Positions 1-8,856 of a DNA stretch of 32,000 nt are shown here, in pieces. Each line of letters starts with the position of its first letter. Within the stretch, counting starts at the first letter, position 1. The notes beneath the pieces are model-generated. The model saw only the letters and a program-made list of their open reading frames with translations, was not told the origin of the DNA and did not search any database. The stretch comes from Candidatus Lokiarchaeum ossiferum (GTDB taxonomy: Archaea; Asgardarchaeota; Lokiarchaeia; Sigyniarchaeales; Promethearchaeaceae), in NCBI GenBank assembly GCA_025839675.1, contig CP104013.1, forward strand, positions 2,610,001 through 2,642,000, read 5' to 3'. The position numbers and the translations under genes were made by a program.

Positions 1-486
1 CTTGGAGCATTGATAGCGGACTTCTTCAATTTCATCAACTTTTTCTAAACCATCATTTTTTCTTATTAAATGAGTCAAAATGGCAGATTGCCCACAAATA
101 GGGCAATTAAATTGAAATAAATCATGATATAAAGAAGAGTTCTCCACTATTTGAGTTTGAAGAAATGTGAAGCAATCTTGCATCTTTTTTAGATCAACAC
201 GGATTCCTGAATTTTTGCAAATAAACTGGGACATTGGATTAATATCAATCCCAATTGCCTTTCTTCCAGCAAAAATGGACTCTAAAACTGTAACTCCTGA
301 TCCTAAAAATGGATCTAGAACGATCCCATTAAGCGGACAATACCGATTAATATATGAAGAAACAATGTTGGCAGGTTTTCTTGCCCAATACTTATGCATC
401 AAATACATCGACGAATGAGTTTTTGGAAGAATGATATAATCTTGCTCTAAATCAGAAATTATATCTTCCTTTTTTTCATGGGCCAA
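1..486 (-). CDS. DNA (N6-adenine/N4-cytosine) methyltransferase, N-terminal part; the gene runs off the left edge
   Basis: Absent from the ORF track because it is truncated. My reverse-strand translation reads ...PKTHSSMYLMHKYWARKPANIVSSYINRYCPLNGIVLDPFLGSGVTVLESIFAGRKAIGIDINPMS...FNCPICGQSAIL... The HxYxARKP, VLDPFxGSG and GIDINP blocks form the AdoMet-binding region of N4/N6 DNA methylases, and a CxxC follows. The start is uncertain: TTG at 486 sits 10 nt after an AGGAG, and in-frame ATGs lie at 408 and 399. Confidence 0.7.
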   Translation of the reverse strand, partial: MAHEKKEDIISDLEQDYIILPKTHSSMYLMHKYWARKPANIVSSYINRYCPLNGIVLDPFLGSGVTVLESIFAGRKAIGIDINPMSQFICKNSGIRVDLKKMQDCFTFLQTQIVENSSLYHDLFQFNCPICGQSAILTHLIRKNDGLEKVDEIEEVRYQCSK

Positions 487-560
487 GATTTTTTTGCTCC
501 TAAGGATGGATAAAATTTCAATTTGAAAAAGTTTTTTGGAAATCTCTCCAAAAGTTATAT

Positions 561-1007
561 ATGTCCAGCCAAATTACTCGGGAATTTAACAAAGAAATGG
601 CAGTCGCTCTGAATGCTAATGTCAAAGTAATCTTAGAAATTGATTATCCAACTCATTTTTACATTGGAAAAATGACTGGGTTTGAAATGGGGTCCCAATC
701 CATTTGTTTAGCAAATGCAAAAGATGATAAAAACAACAAATATGATAAAATTGTTATCCAAGGGTCTAAATGGATTTCATTTACATTGGAAGGAGAACCT
801 TTCCCAATGCAAGAACTCGCTGCTCGTTTGCGTAAAATATTACCTGGTGAAGCTATAGAAATAGCTGAAGATAACACAGTTACGTTATTGGGTGGTAAAA
901 TTAAAATTAGTGAAAATGGAGTAGAAGGCAGAGGACCAACTAAAAATCGTGTCCAAACAGTATTCGATAACTTTCTTGCTGATTGGCGAGATTCCCATAA
1001 AAAATAA
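561..1007 (+). CDS. Sm-like (LSm) fold protein with a C-terminal extension
   Basis: VKVILE..YIGKMTGFEMGSQSICLANA...KYDKIVIQGSKWISF fits the Sm1/Sm2 pattern (hydrophobic strand, G-x-L-x-gf-D/E, then IxIRG-like IVIQG). About 70 further residues are of unknown type. A T8 run follows the stop codon. Confidence 0.5.
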   Translation: MSSQITREFNKEMAVALNANVKVILEIDYPTHFYIGKMTGFEMGSQSICLANAKDDKNNKYDKIVIQGSKWISFTLEGEPFPMQELAARLRKILPGEAIEIAEDNTVTLLGGKIKISENGVEGRGPTKNRVQTVFDNFLADWRDSHKK

Positions 1008-1011
1008 TACA

Positions 1012-1019
1012 TTTTTTTT
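1012..1019 (+). terminator. oligo-T tract after the LSm-like gene
   Basis: A T8 run begins 5 nt after the TAA stop, consistent with archaeal oligo-T termination. Confidence 0.4.
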
Positions 1020-1108
1020 CCTTTTCTTTCAAAATTTTACAATTTAAACTAATCACTTAGAAACCTTTTTTTCCTTCCTCGAAAAATAATATCTAGGAAT
1101 GAAAAAAA

Positions 1109-2269
1109 ATGCCCGAATTTGAACTTCTTAAGCAAAAGCATAATGATATATTTGGAGAAGACCCCGAATTAATCGTTCATGCTCCCGGGAGAGTCAACTT
1201 AATTGGTGAACATACAGATTATTCCAAAGGATTTGTTATGCCGATGGCAATCGATATGGGTATCACCGTGGCAATCTCGAAAATACCAGATTCGAATTTA
1301 ATTTCAGTGTATTCACTTGATTTTGATAAAAAAATGGTCGCAATGTACTCAGATTTGGTAAAAAGCAATGTAGATTGGTTTAATTATCCTATTGGAGTTG
1401 TGAAAGTTTTACAAAAGAAAGGTTACAAATTTGAAGGAATAAGAATAACATTTACAGGAAATGTGCCTCAAGGTGCGGGATTATCATCTTCTGCAGCATT
1501 GGAAGTTGGAGTTGCCTTTGCAATTCAAAAAATATATAATTTAGAAATTTCTGGAACAGAGATGGCCTTAATTTGCCAACAAGCAGAACATGAAGTCGTG
1601 GGTGTAAAATGTGGGATCATGGATCAATACATCTGCCGCATGGGTGCAGTTAACCAAGCGATGTTAATCGATTGTCAAAGTTTGGAATATCGATTAATTC
1701 CTTTGGATCTCGGAAATTATAAAATGATTATCACTAACTCAAATGTCCCTCACAAACTTTCTTCCAGTTTATACAATCAACGTGTTTCAGAATGTGAAGA
1801 AGCGGTGAAAATTTTATCGGAAGAAAAACCCGGAAAATTCTTACGTGATTATACAGAAGAGGATTATAAAAAAAGTCATGATATATTTCCTCCAGAGATT
1901 AGAAAGCGAGCTTTCCATGTCATTTCAGAAAATCAACGCGTATTAGATGCAGAAAAAGCACTTCAATCTCATGATCTAACAGCCTTTGGTAATTTAATGA
2001 ATGCATCACATAAATCCTTAGAAATCTATTATGAAGTATCGTCTGTCGAACTTGATTGGCTCGTTGAGGCCGCTCAAACTATCGAGGGATGCATTGGTTC
2101 AAGAATGACAGGTGCAGGTTTCGGAGGATGTACAATATCCATATTGTCTCCCGAGGCATTAAAAATATATCTCGAAAAACTTCCCGCCTATGAAGAAAAA
2201 TTTGGGTATAAACCAATTACTTATGAAGTTACGCCTGTTGAAGGGGTTCATGAAATTTGGAAAAAATAA
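1109..2269 (+). CDS. galK: galactokinase
   Basis: Carries the galactokinase signature GRVNLIGEHTDY, the GHMP-kinase ATP motif PQGAGLSSSAALEV and the C-terminal MTGAGFGGC motif. Length is typical at 386 aa. Confidence 0.93.
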   Translation: MPEFELLKQKHNDIFGEDPELIVHAPGRVNLIGEHTDYSKGFVMPMAIDMGITVAISKIPDSNLISVYSLDFDKKMVAMYSDLVKSNVDWFNYPIGVVKVLQKKGYKFEGIRITFTGNVPQGAGLSSSAALEVGVAFAIQKIYNLEISGTEMALICQQAEHEVVGVKCGIMDQYICRMGAVNQAMLIDCQSLEYRLIPLDLGNYKMIITNSNVPHKLSSSLYNQRVSECEEAVKILSEEKPGKFLRDYTEEDYKKSHDIFPPEIRKRAFHVISENQRVLDAEKALQSHDLTAFGNLMNASHKSLEIYYEVSSVELDWLVEAAQTIEGCIGSRMTGAGFGGCTISILSPEALKIYLEKLPAYEEKFGYKPITYEVTPVEGVHEIWKK

Positions 2270-2274
2270 AAAAA
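2258..2274 (-). terminator. oligo-T terminator of the eight-gene minus-strand operon, overlapping the galK 3' end
   Basis: The minus strand reads TTTTTTTATTTTTTCC immediately after the TAA of the last operon gene. The convergent galK and operon stop codons are only 5 nt apart. A perfect 8-bp stem with a 4-nt loop (ATTTGAAA-CCGT-TTTCAAAT, 2281-2300) lies just downstream of the galK stop. Confidence 0.45.
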
Positions 2275-2757
2275 TTAAAGATTTGAAACCGTTTTCAAAT
2301 TCAAATCCTTCATAATATTTTTAAACGCACCCTTTCCTATCGGGGTGATTTCAATTTTTTCCCCACCTTTTGTCCCTTGGAGGGACAAATATTCCAGGGT
2401 AATTAGAGATTCGACATCTGACCATACATTTTTAAAAATTTTTTTCATTTTTGCAACGTCCAGATCATTTCCTATTTCATTTGCTGTTGCAATAAGAAGT
2501 GCCATGGTTCCGTACATGCTCGGAGTTATTCTTGAATCTTTTCCGGGAGTTGTTACAACGAAATAACGATCTCCTTGAAATTTGGTTCGAATCAATGATA
2601 AACCTAGATTTTTAAAATCTGAAACGAGCTGGGGAATAATCTGAGAATACTCTTCATTGGAAGAGCATAAATTCCGGACATCTTGTTCTTTCACCATTCC
2701 AGTTTGATTCTGAAGAAGTATTCGACTTAGTCGGGCGGTTAATTGTTCATTTACCAT
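2275..2757 (-). CDS. operon gene 8: small protein with two winged-helix-like halves (kite/ScpB/ESCRT-II-like architecture, unverified)
   Basis: The track ORF 2275..2775 starts at TTG. The ATG at 2757 (MVNEQ...) is preceded by GTGAT. Two similar halves are visible: ...VRNL...LVSDFKNLGLSLIRTKFQGDRYFVVT and ...AKMKKIF...ITLEYLSLQG..GEKIEITPIGKG. No catalytic motif is present. Confidence 0.8.
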   Translation of the reverse strand: MVNEQLTARLSRILLQNQTGMVKEQDVRNLCSSNEEYSQIIPQLVSDFKNLGLSLIRTKFQGDRYFVVTTPGKDSRITPSMYGTMALLIATANEIGNDLDVAKMKKIFKNVWSDVESLITLEYLSLQGTKGGEKIEITPIGKGAFKNIMKDLNLKTVSNL

Positions 2758-2778
2758 TATTATCACTTTTTTCAATTA

Positions 2779-4446
2779 TCATTTATTAGAAAGATCTATT
2801 GTTGGAGAAACATCAAAATTTGTTTGTTCCATGAAAAAAACAACGTGAATTGCCTCTTCTAAAGGCAATAAAAGAATTTGCTCAGACAATAATTGAGTTG
2901 CTTTAATGAATGTTTGTTTTGTTACTATTGACGGAGGAAGAGATTTGAATTCAATCGGAATTAGACTTATTCCTAATGTGAGATAACAACTGACAATCAG
3001 AGTTAAAATAAGATAAGCTTTTTCAACTCGTTTTAATTCTTCAAGGTTTGTCTCTACTCCTTTTTTATTTTTCAAAATAAGATTCACCTTCAAATCTTCA
3101 TTAGACTCCCCTTCAATTGAATTTGAGAAATTTATTTGAAAATCCATAGGTTCCAATAACAAATTCATGAAATTTTGAAGAGATTTTAAAGTGTGAATGT
3201 AAGAGCGAAAAAGGGTGTCTATTTTATCATTTTTTTCGAATTCACTAACAGAGCTCGAGATATTTTTCAAAATATCTTCCATTTTTGAAATTCGATTTTC
3301 TATATCTTTGGAAATAGTGGATGATTCTGTTGAATGAAAGATCTCATCAAGTTTCGAGAGAATTAGATTTTGACGTTGTTTCTTTTGCATCAATAATTCT
3401 TCAACTTGAGCCAAAGAAGTATAAGGAATATGATCAAGAGACAAATCAATATTGGATGAGGATGATTTACCAGAATCCACCATCAAATTCAACTCAGTTT
3501 CAATTTCTTGAATTTGTTTTTGTAATGATTCAATTTGAGAGCGTAAACTTAAAAATTTGGCTTCAATTTCTTGAAATTGGGGTTGAAAAGAGCGTAATTC
3601 CTTGTTTGATTGTTTGAATTCATTTCTGGATTTTAGTAATCTCTGCTTAATACCCTTACTCTCGTTCATTATGCTATTCCGATGAGATTTTAGTTTATCA
3701 TATTCAACTTTTAATGTATTATATTTCTTCTGAATACGTTTGTAATCTTCTGCTTGAAGTTCGGGATCTAAATCTGCAAGTTTATCAAGATAGGTTTGCA
3801 TACTTGGATCTCTTTCATCCATCATCTTAGTTATCTCATTAGTTTGGCGAAACAAGACACGTTGTTCTTCTTTAAGAGATTTTTGAATAGAATTATAATC
3901 ATTCTTCTTTTTTAGATAATTCTGCATTCGATCAGCATAAACAGAATATTCATCTTTTTCAATTTCAAATTTTGGCTGCAAATTGGCCAATTCTTTTTGC
4001 AATTTAGCCAATAAATCTTTCTTGGTAATATAAAGACTGTTTTCAGTAATTTCTTTTAACTTAAGCTGATATGCTATCAAAGTCGTTATTTCTTCTTTAA
4101 TAGTATTTTGTTCAGCTAAAATTGTATTAATCCTTAAGATATTTGGAAATACTTTGGAAACATTATTCAATTGATTAAAGGCATGTACAACTCCTGTCCA
4201 AGTTTGAGCCGTAGATGATGAAATTTCTTTGTTAATTAAGTTTGAGCTCGAAAGAATGGATGGAAATAAATGAATAAATGTATTCAGTTTTAGAGGATTT
4301 TCAAAAATATCAGGAAAATATTCATTCCATTCTACAATTTTTAAATTTTCTCCTGAAATCGAAGATACATCGCAATCCCCTTTTAGAAATAGTAATGGAG
4401 ATTCTATAAGAATTGCTTGGTCATTAATTATTATTTTATTATTCAT
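2779..4446 (-). CDS. operon gene 7: long coiled-coil protein with globular ends and no P-loop
   Basis: 555 aa. The central ~300 aa are heptad-rich and K/E/Q/L-rich (e.g. LRSQIESLQKQIQEIETELN). The N-terminal ~100 aa and C-terminal ~150 aa look globular. A 22-residue hydrophobic stretch (AYLILTLIVSCYLTLGISLIPI) could be a TM helix or a buried core. There is no GxxGxGK[ST]. The start lies 4 nt after the upstream stop. Confidence 0.85.
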   Translation of the reverse strand: MNNKIIINDQAILIESPLLFLKGDCDVSSISGENLKIVEWNEYFPDIFENPLKLNTFIHLFPSILSSSNLINKEISSSTAQTWTGVVHAFNQLNNVSKVFPNILRINTILAEQNTIKEEITTLIAYQLKLKEITENSLYITKKDLLAKLQKELANLQPKFEIEKDEYSVYADRMQNYLKKKNDYNSIQKSLKEEQRVLFRQTNEITKMMDERDPSMQTYLDKLADLDPELQAEDYKRIQKKYNTLKVEYDKLKSHRNSIMNESKGIKQRLLKSRNEFKQSNKELRSFQPQFQEIEAKFLSLRSQIESLQKQIQEIETELNLMVDSGKSSSSNIDLSLDHIPYTSLAQVEELLMQKKQRQNLILSKLDEIFHSTESSTISKDIENRISKMEDILKNISSSVSEFEKNDKIDTLFRSYIHTLKSLQNFMNLLLEPMDFQINFSNSIEGESNEDLKVNLILKNKKGVETNLEELKRVEKAYLILTLIVSCYLTLGISLIPIEFKSLPPSIVTKQTFIKATQLLSEQILLLPLEEAIHVVFFMEQTNFDVSPTIDLSNK

Positions 4447-4450
4447 TTTA

Positions 4451-5266
4451 TTAATACTTCCCTCGTCGAGATTTCTTTGTGTATTTTCGTTTACTTATAG
4501 ATTTTCTTTTAGCCCGTTCTAAATCCCTTTCACTCATTTTAAAATATTCTTGATAATTATCAAAAGATTTTTTTTGTTGTGCCTTTTTTTGCTCCAATTT
4601 TTTATGTTCTATAGCTTTTTCAAAATCTTGACGTAATTGTTCGGATTTTTCTGAAGATTCAGATTCTTCTTGAGTTGATGAATCAAATTTTTTAGGTTTA
4701 TTCAATTCTAAGAAATCCGCAAAAGAAATCTGTTGTTTATAATATATTTTTCGATATTCTTCACGAACTCCGTCATCAATTTCCATGGGAACTTTGCTTA
4801 ACTCTAAGTCAATCTTCGTATCCAAAAGCTGTAAATAAAAATTTTGCAAATTCGATAAGATGGGTAAGAATTTGTCGGTCGTAAACAAAATTTGTTTTAT
4901 TTTAGTCCAGTAATCAGGGGATATCGAGGAGACCAAATGAGCAGTTCCAATTGATTTTTCTAAAATCTGATTACCTATGAAATATAATCCAATTTTTTGA
5001 GTTTGTAATGGATTTGCTTGATTTTGGATATCATTTATTATTTGGGATTGATAATCTTCAAAAATCACATTTTTTATGGGAGAAAAAATGGAATCGAGTC
5101 TTGAAAAGAGAGTGGATAATTTAGTTTTCACATTTTTCAAGGATTCAGGTAAATTTTCATATAATTCCATGTTTAAATCAAGATCTGAAAGATTTCCTCT
5201 AATCTGATCTGATATTTGTAAGATTTTCTGCAGGGAAGCCTTGTCAATTATTTGATTCTGAGACAT
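4451..5266 (-). CDS. operon gene 6: hypothetical protein with an acidic Ser/Glu patch and a strongly basic C-terminal tail
   Basis: 271 aa. It ends ...EESESSEKSEQLRQDFEKAIEHKKLEQKKAQQKK...RAKRKSISKRKYTKKSRRGKY. I recognise no family. Confidence 0.82.
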   Translation of the reverse strand: MSQNQIIDKASLQKILQISDQIRGNLSDLDLNMELYENLPESLKNVKTKLSTLFSRLDSIFSPIKNVIFEDYQSQIINDIQNQANPLQTQKIGLYFIGNQILEKSIGTAHLVSSISPDYWTKIKQILFTTDKFLPILSNLQNFYLQLLDTKIDLELSKVPMEIDDGVREEYRKIYYKQQISFADFLELNKPKKFDSSTQEESESSEKSEQLRQDFEKAIEHKKLEQKKAQQKKSFDNYQEYFKMSERDLERAKRKSISKRKYTKKSRRGKY

Positions 5267-5290
5267 TTTTCATTCACTTTGAAAAATTGA

Positions 5291-6397
5291 TTATAAATCG
5301 ATATCTAGGTCATCTAAATCATCAATTTTCGATGATTTATTTGAAATAGGGGAATTTGTGTTGGAAATAGCTGCATTATCAGCAGTATCAGGCGTAATGC
5401 CAGCAAGTTTCTGACTTTGGATAACATGAGTTTCAGTACCACCACACACTTCAAGTGATCTCATATAATCTTCATACAAGAGAACAGATTTCTTCAAAGC
5501 TTTAAATAAGGCAACTCGCATCGCTCGCATCAAATCTGCCCCAGTATAACCCAATGTATGGTACAGAAGACCTTCTAAATTTTTTTGTTTTAACTCAGTG
5601 AAAAGAGAATAATATTCAACATCGGTCAGCTCTCGCCCTAACTTCTTCTTTTGAGCATTATATTTATCAATAAGATAATCATATTCCTTTTTTAAAGAAC
5701 TTGTTAAACGCTTATCAATAGAAATTGTTGCTTTTTCAAGCCGAGTCAAAAAAGATTCCATGATTTGCTTCCTTACGATAAAATTAGGGAAAGGAAAGGA
5801 CAAATGATAGGTAAAACGCCGCCATACTGCACTATCTAATTGTTTTTCGTGATTGGTAGCTCCAAAAATTGCAAGAGGGATAGCGTCATAGGATATTTTA
5901 TCAATAATTTGTAAAAAGGAAATAACAGCCCTTTTAATTTCCCCAACTTCGTGTGCATTAGCCCTTTCACCGGTTATAGCATCAATTTCATCAAAAAACA
6001 ACAAAAATACGCCATTTTCCTTAGTGAATTCTGCAGCAAGATCAAACACACCTCTCATGTTTTTCACAGTATCCCCCAGCAATGGAGAAACTAAGCGATC
6101 GGCTTCAACAAGTCCCATTGGAATATCAAATTTCTTTGCCATCGCTCTTGTTAAAGCTGTTTTTCCAGTTCCTGGCGGCCCATAAAGTAACATTGTAAAA
6201 TTAGGAGTAATTTTCGCTTCCGCTAATCGGGGGGCAATATCTACATATTTTTTCAAACTTAAGAAAAAATCAGATAGCATTTCTTTTTTATCTTCTAAAC
6301 CAATGATATCGGTAATTTCTTCTTTAATATCTTCCGGAGTATAAATGGTACCAAATTTTTGAAACCGTTGGCGCATTTCTTCAACTGTAAAGGTCAT
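5291..6397 (-). CDS. operon gene 5: classic-clade AAA+ ATPase with a single AAA module and no N-terminal domain
   Basis: Walker A is LLYGPPGTGKT (GPPGTGKT at 6158-6181), Walker B is LLFFDEIDA, and the second region of homology is GATNHEKQLDSAVWRRF. A TGADL lid motif is present. Only ~65 aa precede the P-loop. The C-terminus is acidic: ...KIDDLDDLDIDL. Confidence 0.92.
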   Translation of the reverse strand: MTFTVEEMRQRFQKFGTIYTPEDIKEEITDIIGLEDKKEMLSDFFLSLKKYVDIAPRLAEAKITPNFTMLLYGPPGTGKTALTRAMAKKFDIPMGLVEADRLVSPLLGDTVKNMRGVFDLAAEFTKENGVFLLFFDEIDAITGERANAHEVGEIKRAVISFLQIIDKISYDAIPLAIFGATNHEKQLDSAVWRRFTYHLSFPFPNFIVRKQIMESFLTRLEKATISIDKRLTSSLKKEYDYLIDKYNAQKKKLGRELTDVEYYSLFTELKQKNLEGLLYHTLGYTGADLMRAMRVALFKALKKSVLLYEDYMRSLEVCGGTETHVIQSQKLAGITPDTADNAAISNTNSPISNKSSKIDDLDDLDIDL

Positions 6398-6425
6398 TTT
6401 TTTTCACTTCTACTACTAAATAATT

Positions 6426-7688
6426 TCAATCTTCTTTTTCAATTCCCAATAACTTTTCAAGTTCATCTACAAGATAAAATGTTAATTTATCAATTGCTTC
6501 AATCTTTCCACCAAGGAAATTAAACAATTCCTTACGATAAGTAGGAGAATCACGAATTTTCGTTCGATCAAGCCGTAAATATTTATCAAAACATAATAGC
6601 TTCATCAAATACGGCAAAATTTTTTCTTCTGTTTTCATATCCAGAAAAAGATTATAAAAAATGTTCTCGTCTGATAACACGGTGTGCAAGACTGCATTGT
6701 AAATAATGAAGGCAAAATTCATTGCAATCCAATTCACTAATTCTTTTGATAAAAAGCCCCTTCGGAAGGATGCTTTGGCAAGATATAAAAGAATTAGAGT
6801 TTCATTGCTAAATTGAGGAATCCAACGCGTTTTTCCATCCGAATCTTCTTGGGCAGCGACATACTTATGATCTTTAGCAAGTTCAATGAATTTTTCTGTA
6901 GGTCCAACAAAAATCCCCATTATTAGTTGTAATTCCATACGTTGAACAATTCGTTTAATTGATTCTTCTTCAGCATTAGCAATAGAATCTATATAAGGCT
7001 CAAATACATCAGAAATCATAATAGTAGGAATTACAAAATCTGGATTTTCTTCTAAATCCATGAAGTTTGGATCCAAATTGAAGAGAGAAGTAATATTATT
7101 AACAATTTGATAGGCTTTTGGGCTTAATCCGGGTACGGTCATTTCTCCAATTTTCTCTCTATAAAATGTTGTTGGCTGCAATAAATATCTCTGAGCATCA
7201 TACCATTCGGGAGAATTTTCAATAAGTTGGCTATAAATATCTTCCAATCGATTTCCTTGAGGAAATAACACTTCAATTAACATATTCGCAAGCTTTCCCA
7301 TAATTGATTCCGATTGTTTATTATAATCATCTTCAGCCAAATCCAATAATACATCAAAGGCTTTTAGCGCTTCATCAATAAAATCAAGAATATAATCTCG
7401 AATATCTTGCAAATTAAATTCAGAGTCTTCTTTTAATTCTTCGATATAATTAATAATGTGGCGATAAATTTCATTTCGGAAAAAAGCATTAAATTCTGTT
7501 AAGGATTTGACATTTTTTACCTTTCTTTTAGATTCTTCCTCCAAAATTTCCTTCAAGTTATCGATGTTTCCAAGTTGCTCCAAATCTAAATCAAGAATAG
7601 TTCGTTTGGTTTCATGAAGTAACGGTTGAATAATTGAAATGTAAGTCTTATAATACGCAACAATATCTTCCCATCTTTCTCGTGCCAT
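6426..7688 (-). CDS. operon gene 4: hypothetical helical protein, distant paralog of gene 3
   Basis: 420 aa. AGGAG lies 9 nt upstream of the ATG. I recognise no motif. Its C-terminal half aligns by eye with gene 3 (see findings). Confidence 0.85.
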   Translation of the reverse strand: MARERWEDIVAYYKTYISIIQPLLHETKRTILDLDLEQLGNIDNLKEILEEESKRKVKNVKSLTEFNAFFRNEIYRHIINYIEELKEDSEFNLQDIRDYILDFIDEALKAFDVLLDLAEDDYNKQSESIMGKLANMLIEVLFPQGNRLEDIYSQLIENSPEWYDAQRYLLQPTTFYREKIGEMTVPGLSPKAYQIVNNITSLFNLDPNFMDLEENPDFVIPTIMISDVFEPYIDSIANAEEESIKRIVQRMELQLIMGIFVGPTEKFIELAKDHKYVAAQEDSDGKTRWIPQFSNETLILLYLAKASFRRGFLSKELVNWIAMNFAFIIYNAVLHTVLSDENIFYNLFLDMKTEEKILPYLMKLLCFDKYLRLDRTKIRDSPTYRKELFNFLGGKIEAIDKLTFYLVDELEKLLGIEKED

Positions 7689-7718
7689 GATTTTTTCTCC
7701 TAATAAGTTTTAAAAAAA

Positions 7719-8846
7719 TTAATCAATATCTGAATCCCCCGAAACAGTTACTTCTTGGAATATAGAGCTGATCTCGACAAAAATAGGAATTTCCACACGA
7801 CAGAGGTTTCCTAAAACCCACTTATTAACATCTTTTATTAAGAATCGTGTTTGAAGATGTAACCGTTTTTGTGCATCACTTTTCTCAATTTTATCATACC
7901 ATTTAGAGGCACCTAATCTGAATGCGACAATTTCAATGGTGGCGGGTAGTAATTCTGTCAACACATTTTTCATCATCCAACTTTTTGGAATAACACTCAT
8001 CATCCCAGCATCAAATCCAGGATCTCGCAAAATAGGACTGTCTTCGGCCAATTTTACTTTGGGCATAAAGCTGAGTATTAATATAAGAGCAAAAATGGCG
8101 CAAATACCATTTATTTTGTAAGGATCTAAAGAATATCGATCAATTGCAAATCGTGCCAGAAAAAGAGCAGTAAAAACATTTTTATCAAAATCATCATTCA
8201 CCATTGTTTCGCCCTTTTCTGTTCGGATAACATAGGATCCTTCTAATAATTCAAGGATTTCTTCAGGAAAAGTATAAAATCGGACAACTTTTTCTTCACT
8301 TCGGGCCAGATCATGCTTAAAGATCCGCTCTTCCACCACAAGTCCCAAAAAATCGGCAATCTTATCCAATTGCTTTTGAATAGTTTTACGGGGTTTTTCG
8401 GGATTGCCAAACATAGCAAAAAAAGCGTAATCCGAGATTCGGAAATTTTTGGATTTTTTGAAGGCTTCAATTATGCGATCCACAATTGGTCCTTCCTTAA
8501 AAGATCCAAAAGATTTTGATTGGGATGCAATGAATCCATTGATAAGTTCGTTAATAACAAAAGAATTTTCGTGTTGTTGTTCTAGAGTTTTTAACACTTT
8601 AGCATAGGCTTCTCCTAAACTGGAAGTTCGAGGGAAGAATGAATTTTGAATCGATTCATCAATACTTTTTACCATTAGTTCACCATTATCCTTGGGAAGA
8701 TATCGTTTTAATTCCTCAAATCGGCGAATTAACTGATCTTTTGCCCCAGGAATGTTGTCAATATCTCTTTCTTTAATAAATTCGAGAGATTTGTCCAATG
8801 CCGTTGTAAAATTGCCTAATAATTCATTCCATAATGCCATTGCCAT
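7719..8846 (-). CDS. operon gene 3: hypothetical protein, distant paralog of gene 4
   Basis: The track ORF starts at TTG 8891 and overlaps gene 2 by 35 nt. The ATG at 8846 (MAMALWNELL...) is preceded by AGGTG about 8 nt upstream and lies 10 nt after the gene 2 stop, so I prefer it. The protein ends ...VSGDSDID. Confidence 0.82.
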   Translation of the reverse strand: MAMALWNELLGNFTTALDKSLEFIKERDIDNIPGAKDQLIRRFEELKRYLPKDNGELMVKSIDESIQNSFFPRTSSLGEAYAKVLKTLEQQHENSFVINELINGFIASQSKSFGSFKEGPIVDRIIEAFKKSKNFRISDYAFFAMFGNPEKPRKTIQKQLDKIADFLGLVVEERIFKHDLARSEEKVVRFYTFPEEILELLEGSYVIRTEKGETMVNDDFDKNVFTALFLARFAIDRYSLDPYKINGICAIFALILILSFMPKVKLAEDSPILRDPGFDAGMMSVIPKSWMMKNVLTELLPATIEIVAFRLGASKWYDKIEKSDAQKRLHLQTRFLIKDVNKWVLGNLCRVEIPIFVEISSIFQEVTVSGDSDID

Positions 8847-8856
8847 TTTATTACAC

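Noticed and set aside
659-1012. A 117-aa minus-strand ORF antisense to the LSm-like gene. The same applies to other antisense or embedded track ORFs, e.g. 167..418, 2345..2566, 3321..3617, 7936..8121, 8243..8519, 8983..10138, 11489..11680, 12115..12366, 12776..12964, 13511..13735, 18890..19183, 20741..21273, 22502..23445, 23910..24152, 24873..25835, 28069..28281 and 29177..30162.
   Set aside because: Each lies entirely inside a longer ORF on the other strand or in another frame, and that longer ORF has clear family motifs or operon context. Their translations are low-complexity (F/I/L/S/K-rich), as expected from reading AT-rich coding DNA out of frame. None has an SD or TATA context.
5291-6397. 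Vps4/ESCRT or Cdc48/proteasome (PAN) identity for the AAA+ ATPase operon.
   Set aside because: The protein has no MIT domain or N-terminal coiled-coil/OB domain and only a single AAA module. None of the neighbours shows the Snf7/ESCRT-III pattern of helical hairpin plus MIM. No HbYX C-terminus is present.
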